Positions 20,610 through 32,082 of a stretch of 64,000 nucleotides of DNA are shown here, in pieces; position 1 is the stretch's first letter; each line of letters starts with the position of its first letter. Below the pieces are notes generated by a model, which made no database searches, had not been told where the DNA came from, and saw only the letters and a program-made list of their open reading frames with translations. The position numbers were made by a program, and so were the translations under genes. Origin of the DNA: Piromyces finnis finn (Eukaryota > Fungi > Neocallimastigomycota); contig MCFH01000002.1 in assembly GCA_002104945.1 (NCBI GenBank), forward strand, positions 1,897,625-1,961,624. The letters are read 5' to 3'.

Positions 20610-21012
20610 TTAAAATAATATTAATAAGTCAATAATTCTCTTAAAATAACTTTTACACCATTTACAAAATATTTTTATAACAACTAAATTTCGAAATTTA
20701 ACTCATCACAAAATTTTGAAATTTCAACATTTCAAAAATTTTTACACCGAATATTTTTCAATTATCATATTAAAACTTTATTATTTTTTATTTTTATTTT
20801 CATATTCAAAATCTGCAGTATCAATTTTATTATTAAAATTTTACCTACAAGAAAATTTTTCAAAAAGTGAAATTTCAAAATTCTCACAATGGCCAAGTGA
20901 CCTTTTGAAATTATTACTTCCTCTCGAAAAAATTTTTTTAAAAATCAAAAATTTTTACTTTTCGCTCCAGTTCATAGAATTCGTCTGGAATACGAATTCC
21001 TAGGGAGGGCGT

Positions 21013-22145
21013 TGTGAAGATATTAACTGGATTTAAAACAAATTCAGATAATATCTATAATTAATTAAACATAATAATTATAATTAAATAATTTCAATAA
21101 TTATTTTAAAACACTTTTAAAAGTCACCTTTTAAATTTTGATTCAGTGAAAGGGTTATGATTTCAAAAATTTAATATCAATATACTATAACCCTTAACCA
21201 AAAATAAGCAAGTACGAAATAAGGTGTAACTCGCCAAAAACGATCGCTACGGCTATAAGTACTACGGTGATGAAACTAGGTTTATTGGAAAGCTTAGGAA
21301 GAAAGCTACAATTTGGTACAATCGCGGTCCTTCTAACTGATCATTTAAGGAAGTTATGATCATTTAAAGATTTTATTAGGTAAATTAAAATCAATATGAT
21401 ATCAAGTATGGATCATAAATATTTCTTATGACTTGATGAAATTAAAAATATATCAATAGGAATTTTAGTTATATTAATTTAATTAATGATAACGATTGTT
21501 ACTAAAAATAGAACTAGACCCATTTAGGTGTAACAGTTAATACCTATAAATTAAATAATCTTAATTATTATAAAATAGGTTAACGGCAAGTTTTATTAGA
21601 AATAATTTTGAAAATAATAATTATTTAGTTATAACAAATATGTTATGGTAATATCAATTAATAATGATGAATTATTAATTGAATAGTTTTTATAATTACT
21701 AATTAGGATCAACTGTTTAAATGATTAATCATATGTTTATTTTATTTTATGTCATGACAAACAAACAAACAAACAAACAAACAATCTTATTACTTATTTA
21801 ATTATATTACTAATATATTATATGTAATACTTTATTCTTATTAATATCAATTTAATAATCTGAACAAAGAATATAAAAGAGAATGAATTGAATTCGATTT
21901 TAATTCTTTGTAAAGATTATAGTTATAATCTTAATTATATAGTTACTTATAATATCATTTATATTATTATTAAATAAATAAAAAATTTATAAAAAGTTAC
22001 TTTAAAGTAAATATAAATTTTTCATTTTTCATTTGGGAGTTTAAGGTGTTATTTTATAATTAAATTTAATTTCTTAAAAAACATTTTTACTATATAATTA
22101 ATAACATTCTGACCTGGCCGCATAACCAAACCCAAAAACTTAACA
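21013..22145 (+). repeat. 3' LTR of element F
   Basis: It is a copy of 14604-15736, preceded by the PPT. Confidence 0.97.
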
Positions 22146-22408
22146 AATATTTAAATATATGTTTTTCTTTTTTAATAAACTAAACTAAGGAGTGAATTTT
22201 CTTAATTATAAAAATACATTTAATATAATAAAATACATTTTTTTTTTAATATTACTAAAGTTAAAAATAAAATATTGATAAATTTGATATTAATAAATTG
22301 TTTAATAATAAAATTGATATTGATAATGATATTAATAAGTTTTGATAATAATAATAATTGTGATTTTAATATTAATAATAAATATAATTTGAATTTTTTA
22401 ACTATTTT

Positions 22409-25400
22409 TTATTTCTTTCTATTAAATTTTTTAAGTAGCCCCTTGCAATTTAGATTTTCTTCAGGCTCCCACGAAGCTTCATTGATTGAATACCCTTTCC
22501 ATTTAATCAGGTATTGTATTTTTCCGTAATGTCTTCTTTTATCCAGAATTTCTTCAACTTCGTATTCTTCTTCATTGTCAACGGTAATAGGTGGCGGTGG
22601 TGGTTGAGATCTTCCAAATTTATCTTCGACATATTTCTCAAGATTGGATACATGAATAACTGGATGAATCTTAATAGATTTTGGGAGACTTAATTTAAAT
22701 GTAACATTTGATATTTTTTCCAAGATTTTGTATGGGCCGAGTTTTCTTGGCTTAAATTTTTTATTTCCTTTGTGGATAATTAAAGAACTATCCAGCCAAA
22801 CTTTGTCACCAACTTTAAAATTCGGAGCTTTTTTTCTACATTTGTCAGCATGCTTCTTCTGGGTTTCCATGGCAGATTTTAAATTTTCTTTTAAGGTATT
22901 AATTAAAGTTTTAAAATCTCTTGTAAACTCTTCTGCTCTTGGGACTTTAGATAAGTCTGGAATAACTGGTGAATATTTTGGATGAAAGCCGTAATTCAAA
23001 AAGAATGGAGAAAATTTGGATGATTCTTGAACCACGTTGTTATAACTAAATTCTGCAAGACTAAGAAAACTTTTCCAATTTGAACCTTTATAATTTGAGA
23101 AACATCTTAAATATTGTTCTATAACGGAGTTCACCCTCTCCGTCTGACCGTTTGATTGATGATGAAATGGAGTAGACAACTTAAGTTCAATGCCAAGGGA
23201 GGAACAGATGGATTGGAAGAATTTAGAGGTAAATTGAGAACCTCTATCCGAGACAATAGATTCAGGTAGGCCATGAAGACGGAAAATATTATCAATAAAG
23301 GCTGTGGCTGTTTCGGCGGCGGAAGGAATACTTTTGAACGGAATGAGATGAACCATTTTTGTAAGACGATCAACAACAACAAGAATGCAAGTGAAACCAG
23401 AAGATGAAGGCAAATCTGTAATGAAATCCATTGAAATGGATGACCAAGGACGCTCAGCAATATCAAGAGGATTCAGAAGACCATAAGGTTTATGACGAAA
23501 GGTTTTTGAACGACAACAAACTTCACAAGAACGAACGTAGTCTTTAACATCAGAAGAAATAGAAGGCCACCAGAAGTCTCTAGCAATAAGAGAAGATGTT
23601 TTCTTTATTCCGAAATGACCAGCTGAAGGAGAGTCGTGACAGAGTTTAAGAATTGAAAGACGACAATTTGGAGGAACATAGATTCTGTCAGTAAAAAGGA
23701 GAAAACTATTGCTTAAGGAAAATTTGTCAATTTGAGGGTGAGGTATTGGAGGTTTCCTACAATCAAGATATTCACAGATTTTATTGTAAAAGTCATCATT
23801 TATATATTCGGAAAGAAAAGAATCACTAATGGACGAAACAGAAGTCACAATGGCACAAAAGTTTTCAGGGCGAAGAACATTAAAAGGAACATCAGAAGAG
23901 GAATTCGAATTGATAGCATAATCAGGACGACGAGATAGGGCATCAGGCTTACCGTTAGAAGAACCAGAACGATAAATAATAACAAAGTTAAATTCAGAGA
24001 GAAACAAAGCCCAGCGAACAAGACGTTGAGACATTTTTTCAGGTTTTTTTTGATAGAGTAAATTTCGATGATCCGAGTAAATCTTAAAAGTAGAAGAAGA
24101 GCCTTTAAGTAGATGACGCCATGTTTCAAGAGCAGCAACGATAGCTAAGAGTTCTTTATCATATATTGGATAATTACGTTCAGGACCAGTAAGAGAGCGA
24201 GAAAAGAAAGCAACTGGATGGGTCATATTATCAATTGGAGAGACTTGCGAGAGAATAGCACCAATGGCAAAGTTACTTGAATCAGTTTCGACTATGAATG
24301 GAAGTTCACGATTAGGAAATATAAGAACAGGAGCAGAAACAAATAAAGACTTGAGTGAATCGAAAGCATCTTGAGCTTCTTTAGACCATACAAATTTAAC
24401 ATTTTTCTTCAAAAGTTTATGCAAAGGATGAGCGATCTTTGCAAAATTTGGAATAAATCGACGGTAGTAGTTCGCAAGACCAAGAAAAGATTGAACCTCT
24501 TTAACATTAGATGGAGTAGGCCAGTTTAAAATAGAAGAAACTTTATTTGGGTCCATGTGAATACCATCAGTAGAAATCCTATGACCAAGGAAATCAATAA
24601 AAGAAACAAAGAACTCGCATTTTTCCAATTTAGCATAGAGCCCAGCATCCCTCAGGAGTTTCAAAACAGTTTTGACATGAGATATATGAGATTTATAATC
24701 AGAGGAAAAAATAATAATATCATCTATGTAAGAGAAAGCGAATTTACCAAGAACGTCTTCAAGAACATCATTAATGAAATGTTGAAAAACAGCAGGTGCA
24801 TTTTTCAACCCAAAAGGCATCACACAGTATTCAAAATGACCTAACTTGCAAGTAAAAGCGGTTTTATATTCATCACCACTTTTAATCCTGACCAAGTTAT
24901 AGGCAGAACGAAGATCCAATTTTGAGAAAATCTTCCCTTTTCCAAGATGTTCAAGCATATCTTGTATAAGAGGAAGGGGATAAGAATCACGAATAGTTAT
25001 GGAGTTTAATTGGCGATAGTCAACACACATACGAAGTTGACCGTTTTTCTTAGGTACAAACAGAATAGGAGCTCCCGCAGGCGATTTTGATTTTCTAATA
25101 AATCCTTTCTTGAGATGTTCTTTTATATATTCTTCTAAAGCAATTGATTCGGTTTCTGTTAGAGGATAAATCGGTCCATAAAACAGTTTTGAATTTTCTT
25201 TGAGTTTTATTTCACAATCGTATGGACGGTGTGGAGGAAGTTTTTCAGCATTAGATTCATTGAAGACATCAGCAAAGTCAGAGAGAACATCCGGAAGTAT
25301 AATAGAAGAATTGGGTTCTGATTTAGAGTTTGAATCGGATTTGAGAATAGAATTGGATTGAATATTAGAATCAGAAAAAGAAGTCAAAACAGAAGTTGGT

Positions 25401-26851
25401 TCTTGATTTGAGAGAGACGAAGTAGAAAAGTTAACAGAAGACTTCTTAGAAACAGAATTGTTAATATTTTTTGAAGAACCCGAACAGAGAATAGTACAAG
25501 TACGATTAGTTTCGTTTTGAGATTGGATGTTTTGTTTATCGACAAATATAGGGTAAGCGAATGAATCATGCGGAGGTTCGTAGGAAGGATCCTCCATTGC
25601 AGGAAAAGCAGATCTTTCTTCAGGAAATTCAGGGACATTATTGGAGAGTGTTATACAACGATTATAACAGTAACCGGATACAAATGAAATTTTGTTCTTT
25701 GTGAAATCGATAGAAGGATTGTGTTCTTTAAGCCAGTCTATTCCAAGAATACAAGGATAATAAGGTAGATCAGTTACATAGAATTGTGTTCGACAGAGAT
25801 GATCTTTGTAGCGAAGATTCAAAGGAGATGTAATTCCAAAAAGAGATTGTCGACCACCGATACCAACGATATTTGGGAGGTTACCGTCATCATGATAAGG
25901 AATGTTATTATCGTTACAGTAATCTACATCAATTAAATTAAGTTTGGATCCTGAGTCAATAAGAATATCCGTATTTAGTTCATAAGAAAGTTTAAATTTA
26001 GTTGTCATTTTATTATGAGTTTTGTTTTCTTCTTTAGGAGCGGATATAAGTGTGGGAATAGATATTAGTGAAGGATTTTCACGATCTTTATTCTTTCTTT
26101 TTGGACAATTATTAAGCTTATGACTTGAAGCACCACAATACACACAAAGATTTTCTTTCTTTCTTCTTTCCTTTTCTTCGTTTGAGATAGGGCCATGGTT
26201 ATTCCTGTTTGTAATGGACTTTGTTATTTTTGAAAAGTGATGAAAAGATCTTTTCTTTCGGTTTTGGTCATTGTTTGAACCAGAAGGGAAAAAGGTATGA
26301 TGTGTAGATAATCTTGAATCGATTCTTGAAGCAATAGTCTGTAATGAAAGAAGATCCCTAGGACCCGGAAACATTTCCAAAATACGAACGGCAACTTGTT
26401 GATTAAGGCCAGCTATAAATGCATCCATTTTGGCTTGTTCATTCCAGTTTGATTCATCAGCATAGCGGTTAAATTCCAAGATATAGCCTCTAATTCCTCC
26501 TAATCGGCGTTGTTTTAAGGTTCTAAGCATTTGATTTGCAACATAGGTAGCATCGTTATAACCATAAAAAGCCTTAAACCTGTCAACAAAAGCTTGGTAG
26601 TTATTAAGACACGGATCATGGTTGTTTATAAGAGTAGCAGCCCAGTTCATAGCGTCCCCATAAAGTCTTGATATTATATAGAGAATTTTGGTTGCGTCGT
26701 CTTGATACCGTTCAGGATATAGCATAAACACTAGCTCCACCTTAGCTAAGAAACCCTTCAGATATCTGCGATCCCCTGCAAAACCATCCTTAAGAGTTGC
26801 GTTTTCGAAAATATTATTATTATCCATGTGGTTGTTTTCGTTCTCTTCCAT
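22409..26851 (-). CDS. gag-pol: Intact single-ORF Gag-Pol of element G (CCHC, PR, RT, RNase H, integrase, canonical chromodomain), 1480 aa
   Basis: Motifs are [46 protein letters not shown] and [18 protein letters not shown]. Confidence 0.97.
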   Translation of the reverse strand: MEENENNHMDNNNIFENATLKDGFAGDRRYLKGFLAKVELVFMLYPERYQDDATKILYIISRLYGDAMNWAATLINNHDPCLNNYQAFVDRFKAFYGYNDATYVANQMLRTLKQRRLGGIRGYILEFNRYADESNWNEQAKMDAFIAGLNQQVAVRILEMFPGPRDLLSLQTIASRIDSRLSTHHTFFPSGSNNDQNRKKRSFHHFSKITKSITNRNNHGPISNEEKERRKKENLCVYCGASSHKLNNCPKRKNKDRENPSLISIPTLISAPKEENKTHNKMTTKFKLSYELNTDILIDSGSKLNLIDVDYCNDNNIPYHDDGNLPNIVGIGGRQSLFGITSPLNLRYKDHLCRTQFYVTDLPYYPCILGIDWLKEHNPSIDFTKNKISFVSGYCYNRCITLSNNVPEFPEERSAFPAMEDPSYEPPHDSFAYPIFVDKQNIQSQNETNRTCTILCSGSSKNINNSVSKKSSVNFSTSSLSNQEPTSVLTSFSDSNIQSNSILKSDSNSKSEPNSSIILPDVLSDFADVFNESNAEKLPPHRPYDCEIKLKENSKLFYGPIYPLTETESIALEEYIKEHLKKGFIRKSKSPAGAPILFVPKKNGQLRMCVDYRQLNSITIRDSYPLPLIQDMLEHLGKGKIFSKLDLRSAYNLVRIKSGDEYKTAFTCKLGHFEYCVMPFGLKNAPAVFQHFINDVLEDVLGKFAFSYIDDIIIFSSDYKSHISHVKTVLKLLRDAGLYAKLEKCEFFVSFIDFLGHRISTDGIHMDPNKVSSILNWPTPSNVKEVQSFLGLANYYRRFIPNFAKIAHPLHKLLKKNVKFVWSKEAQDAFDSLKSLFVSAPVLIFPNRELPFIVETDSSNFAIGAILSQVSPIDNMTHPVAFFSRSLTGPERNYPIYDKELLAIVAALETWRHLLKGSSSTFKIYSDHRNLLYQKKPEKMSQRLVRWALFLSEFNFVIIYRSGSSNGKPDALSRRPDYAINSNSSSDVPFNVLRPENFCAIVTSVSSISDSFLSEYINDDFYNKICEYLDCRKPPIPHPQIDKFSLSNSFLLFTDRIYVPPNCRLSILKLCHDSPSAGHFGIKKTSSLIARDFWWPSISSDVKDYVRSCEVCCRSKTFRHKPYGLLNPLDIAERPWSSISMDFITDLPSSSGFTCILVVVDRLTKMVHLIPFKSIPSAAETATAFIDNIFRLHGLPESIVSDRGSQFTSKFFQSICSSLGIELKLSTPFHHQSNGQTERVNSVIEQYLRCFSNYKGSNWKSFLSLAEFSYNNVVQESSKFSPFFLNYGFHPKYSPVIPDLSKVPRAEEFTRDFKTLINTLKENLKSAMETQKKHADKCRKKAPNFKVGDKVWLDSSLIIHKGNKKFKPRKLGPYKILEKISNVTFKLSLPKSIKIHPVIHVSNLEKYVEDKFGRSQPPPPPITVDNEEEYEVEEILDKRRHYGKIQYLIKWKGYSINEASWEPEENLNCKGLLKKFNRKK

Positions 26852-27733
26852 AGTACTTATGATGTTTTCTTTAATAAGCTTTAATAAATTTATAAAAATA
26901 ATAGAATAAAGTATTTAATTATATTTATTAATTGAGTAAATCTTTTTATTAAATAATAATATAAACCAGATTATATAGTGTTAAACCATCAAATATATAA
27001 CCTGTTTTATTCTTTATAATAAGTCCTTCGTAGCTCTTCACGATAACACGTATAAAGTCGATTGTTAATATTAATTAAATTAATAAAAGAAAGGAACGGT
27101 GTAAAAATTTTTTTTTAGTGTCTAACTTATTGTTAGCAATAAAAATTATTACAGGTTTTCTTTCCCTATATCAACCTTATCCGAACGTAGAAGTATTATG
27201 TATAAGAGTTTAACTTCTCACGCTAAAGGAGTTATAAAGAATATTATTTTATATTATTACAATTTTAATAAATTGTCTTAACAATTAATAATTATAATTA
27301 AAAATTAGAAATTGTTTTATTAGAAAACTTAATTTTAAAATGTATTAATTAAGAAATATTATTTTATTAAAGTAAGGCATTTCCGGCTATTTTCCGGTCT
27401 ATAATCAAACAGCAAAAGATAGTATACAACTATAAATCTCACGCCAGCTTGCTTATTACAGCGTCTTGTACGTGGTGTACCTCGGATTCTCCTACTTCCT
27501 TATTCAAAGTAGAATAGCTCAGAGCCTGCCAACCCAATTATTGTACAGGTTAAACTCGATCCCGTTAATCTTTTACTTTTTATAGTTTGAATTATATACC
27601 GCTTCTAAAGCGTACTAATTCTACTACTTTAAGTAAAAATATTTCTTTAAAGAAAAGCTTCAACAATAAAACTTAAAAGTTTTATCTATAACAATTTCTT
27701 AAACACTAAGGTATTAAGCTTTTATATTATAAG

Positions 27734-27743
27734 GAGATTTTAT
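27734..27743 (-). promoter_or_regulatory. Self-priming PBS of element G (ATAAAATCTC)
   Basis: It abuts the LTR end. A 10-nt complement lies inside the LTR at 27913-27922. Confidence 0.75.
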
Positions 27744-28170
27744 TGTAAAGAAATGTGTCTTTAACAATAAAACAAATTATAATATTTACTAAATAACTTA
27801 GTAATATTAACACTTTAAAATATTCTGTAAATTATTAATTTATAAAAATATCATTAAAAACACATAGAATTTAACTTAATAAGTTAGTGTTTAATAATAT
27901 AATTATTTATTAATAAAATCTCGATTCTTTAAAATATTTGGGAAAATTCACTCGTATTTATATTAAAAATTTTTTAAATTAATTTATAAAATTTTTTCAA
28001 CTTAAAATTCTTAACCAATCAATAATCTTCATATAAAATAAAATTTAAAAATAAAATAAAATAAAATTATAATTTTTTTAAAATAGTATCTATGAGGTCT
28101 CGAACTAGTGTCATTCAGACTCAAAGTCTTAGCTACTAACCACTAAGACAATTTAGTTATTTCTAGTATT
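27744..28170 (-). repeat. 5' LTR of element G, missing its first 7 nt
   Basis: It matches 14116-14547, and a new LTR start (tgtaagaaat) follows at 28171. Confidence 0.92.
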
Positions 28171-28224
28171 TGTAAGAAATATTTGTGGCCATAAGTTTGC
28201 CCACAAATATTTCAATTGAAACCA
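28171..28224 (+). repeat. First 54 bp of X-type 5' LTR
   Basis: It starts with TG and has a 13-bp terminal hairpin (gaaatatttgtgg/ccacaaatatttc). It ends in AACCA before an H-type LTR. Confidence 0.7.
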
Positions 28225-29366
28225 TGTCACGAATACTAGTGAAATTACAATTTCAAGATCACTTGGAATTGTGAAATCACTTATGAAAATTCAAAATCAA
28301 CAAATAGTTTATTTTCAAATAAATTATAAAATTTTATTAAGAAATATTTAAAAATTTAGGAAAGGTTAAAATATGACCTTAACCCTTAATAATTTTTATA
28401 ATAAATAACTTTAACCCTTATCGTTAAAATGGAATAAGAAAAAACACGCGTATCTCCTCAACGAATGACGATTTTTGAATAAAAATATTTTGGTTATAAT
28501 TACGTTCGTTAGAAAGCCACGCTCGAGACAAACAACATATCTTAAAATCAGGTCAATATCTCTGCTGGTTCACGAGATATTCCAATTTAAAGATATTTTG
28601 TTAGCAATGATTAATTGTTTATTCAGAGAATGATCACCCCTGATATATCAAACATAAATCATTCACTCAAAGTATAAAAAATTATTGTTTAATTAAATTA
28701 AAATTATTTTCCGGAACTAATTAACTTTATTTTATAATAATTATTTCAATAACATAATTTATAATCTTTGAACTAGAGGATTATAATTATTAATATTATA
28801 TTCAATGAATTATATTATAATTAAGAAATAATTAATATTATGAATATTATAAACAATAGTTATTTTTTAATAATTAGGAATAAGTCTTAAGTTTAGTTTA
28901 AGTATTATAAAATATATTATGAATATAATCATGTATTGAAAAGTTATTTTATTATTAAATGTAAAATTACAAATAGTATAAATAGTTTAGAATAGTTTAT
29001 GAAATTAAAATCTTTGTAAAGATTATTAACCAAAAATTATTAACCAAAAATTATTAACCATAAATTATTAAATTATTAACTATAAATTATTAACTAAAGA
29101 TTATTAACTAGAAATTATTAACTATTAATAATAATTAATACTTAATGAGTATTACCACTAAATAATCTTATTATTATATTTTAGCAATATATTATTAAAT
29201 AAAATAAAAGAAATTATTTTAACCATAATATATAATTTAATTATTCATTTATAAATCAATTAAGATTATTTTAATAAAACATTTTTTTTTCTAACCTAGT
29301 TATCTTTAACCTTTTATTTAATTTAATATTTTAATATTAAATTATAAGTTTAGTAAAACTTTTACA
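28225..29366 (+). repeat. H-type LTR (1142 bp) with internal aaattattaacc-type tandem expansion near 29025-29130
   Basis: It runs tgtcacgaat...aacttttaca and is an inverted copy of 30128-31161. Confidence 0.92.
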
Positions 29367-30127
29367 ACCTGTATTTTTCATTTCTAACTCTAAAATAAAT
29401 TCTTTCAACAAATTAAAGAATTTATTATATAAAATATGATTATAGTGAATTTTAAATTTTAAAATAATGAACTTTTTATTACTAAACTATTAAAAAATAA
29501 TTATTTTTAATAATAAATTTACTTCTTTTAAATATAATATTTGAATATTATATAAAATATTGTAAATGATTATTATTAAACAATAATTTAAATAAAATAA
29601 AATATGTTTTTTAAGAACTTTAATAAAACTAACCTAATTAAAACTAAGCTAACGTAAGAACTAACTATAAAGCGTTAGTATTGTAAAAGGTTTTTTATAA
29701 TATTAGTTAATAAGTTGCTAATTAGTTAATTAAGTTAGTTATTACCTCTCTATACGAGTTAATAACTAAATAAAGTTTTATAAAAAATAATAAAAGAAAG
29801 AAAATAAATATTATAACACTAAAATAAATATAAACACTTATATAAATATTTTATGAAATAACTTTTACTTAAATAATTATATTTTAATTATATCTTTTAT
29901 TTATTTATTATAATTATCTACATTAATTATTATTATAGCTATTAATTTACTTTAATACTAACGCTAAAGTATTTAACGTTAGTTTTGACTATACTATTTA
30001 ACTATATGAGTTTATTTTCTTTACCACTTGATTGGGTAAAGCAAATAAACTTCCTATTTAATTAATAACCATTAATATATGGTTATACATATATTTGGCC
30101 AATAAATGATGACCAGAATATATGGTT
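29367..30127 (-). mobile_element. Inverted segment carrying the rest of the X-type 5' LTR (30127 down to 29682), its PBS (29671-29681) and ~300 bp of leader
   Basis: In minus sense it starts AACCA and ends the LTR at ccttttaca. PBS ATACTAACGCT follows, complementary to 29955-29965. Confidence 0.75.
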
Positions 30128-31161
30128 TGTAAAAGTTTTACTAAACTTATAATTTAATATTAAAATATCAAATTAAATAAAAGGTTAAAAGATAACTAGG
30201 TTAGAAAAAAAATGTTTTATTAAAATAATCTTAATTGATTTATAAATGAATAATTAAATTATGTATTATAGTTAAAATAATTCCTTTTTATTTTATTTAA
30301 AGAATATATATAATAATAAGATTATTTAATAGTAATACTTATTAAGTATTAATAAGATAATAATCTTTACAAAGATTTTAATTTCATAAACTATTCTAAA
30401 CTATTTATACTATTTGTAATTTTACATTTAATAATAAAATAACTTTTCAATACATGATTATATTCATAATATATTTTATAATACTTAAACTAAACTTAAG
30501 ACTTATTCCTAATTATTAAAAAATAACTATTGTTTATAATATTCATAATATTAATTATTTCTTAATTATAATATAATTCATTGAATATAATATTAATAAT
30601 TATAATCCTCTAGTTCAAAGATTATAAATTATGTTATTGAAATAATTATTATAAAATAAAGTTAATTAGTTCCGGAAAATAATTTTAATTTAATTAAACA
30701 ATAATTTTTTATACTTTGAGTGAATGATTTATGTTTGATATATCAGGGGTGATCATTCTCTGAATAAACAATTAATCATTGCTAACAAAATATCTTTAAA
30801 TTGGAATATCTCGTGAACCAGCAGAGATATTGACCTGATTTTAAGATATGTTGTTTGTCTCGAGCGTGGCTTTCTAACGAACGTAATTATAACCAAAATA
30901 TTTTTATTCAAAAATCGTCATTCGTTGAGGAGATACGCGTGTTTTTTCTTATTCCATTTTAACGATAAGGGTTAAAGTTATTTATTATAAAAATTATTAA
31001 GGGTTAAGGTCATATTTTAACCTTTCCTAAATTTTTAAATATTTCTTAATAAAATTTTATAATTTATTTGAAAATAAACTATTTGTTGATTTTGAATTTT
31101 CATAAGTGATTTCACAATTCCAAGTGATCTTGAAATTGTAATTTCACTAGTATTCGTGACA
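30128..31161 (-). repeat. 3' LTR of element H (1034 bp)
   Basis: It has TG..CA ends and is adjacent to the PPT. Confidence 0.95.
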
Positions 31162-32082
31162 TCGCTCCGCCAAAAAAAATCGAATACCAGGCGATTGAAA
31201 TAATATAAAATAAAATTGTATAATAAAGTATAATTGAAATAAATTGAAGTAGTATATATTAAATATAAACCAATATATAGTTGTATGTGTAACATGAAAT
31301 AAAATGGTAACTAAATAAAGAATATATTTAATATAATATGTTGAATATATTGCAATATATGAAATAAAATTAAAAAACATTTTCTTGTGTAACATACAGT
31401 CAAATTCATAAAATTTTTGAAAGAAATGTTGAAATTTAAATTGATCATTGAGTGAAAAAATTGAAATTCGTACGAAAAATTAAAATTTGAATAAGAAATA
31501 TTATTCCTAGGATATTGAAACACTTTTTATTTTTGAAAAATGTTAACATTTGTTAAAATAATTGAAATTTCAAAAATTGATCAAATAAACTTTAATTAAT
31601 ATGATTTGAAAAAAAAATTTTTGAAATTTTTGAAAAATTTTTAATAATAAAAAATTTTTTCATTAAATACAAAAAAAATTTTGAACTAAACTTTTTGAAA
31701 AAATGTCACTGAAAAATATTGATTTTAATGATCGATCGAGATAGTGACAATATTGAAATTGATACTATTGAATAGAGAATAAAATAAGCATTAACAACAT
31801 ATAAATATTTGTAATTGTACTGCTAAAATAAATTGAAAATTATTCTCTTTAAATATTTAATTTTCATTATAAAAATTTTGTGTTTTAAATTAAATAAATT
31901 GATAAAATTGTTGGAAAATTATTGAATTGAAATTTAACATTCATAGAAAAAATTTTTGAAATTTTGTGTTGAAATGTATTAGATGAGTAATACAAATTAT
32001 AATAAAACATAATGTTAGTGAAAGATATTAATAAATTTTTTTAAAAAATAAAATTGTTGAAATGCAATTTAAAGAATTAGAT

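Larger units (their letters stand above)
14604..22145 (+). mobile_element. Intact full-length chromovirus element F with TSD AATAT
   Basis: It has two 1133-bp LTRs with no difference seen by eye. AATAT lies at 14599-14603 and 22146-22150, and PBS, gag, pol and PPT agggagggcg are present. Confidence 0.97.
14116..28170 (-). mobile_element. Chromovirus element G with element F nested in its 3' UTR; 5' LTR truncated 7 nt from its start by element X
   Basis: It has a 3' LTR (14116-14554), PPT ggaggaggacca, an intact gag-pol, PBS and a 5' LTR (27744-28170) matching the 3' LTR. Confidence 0.9.
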
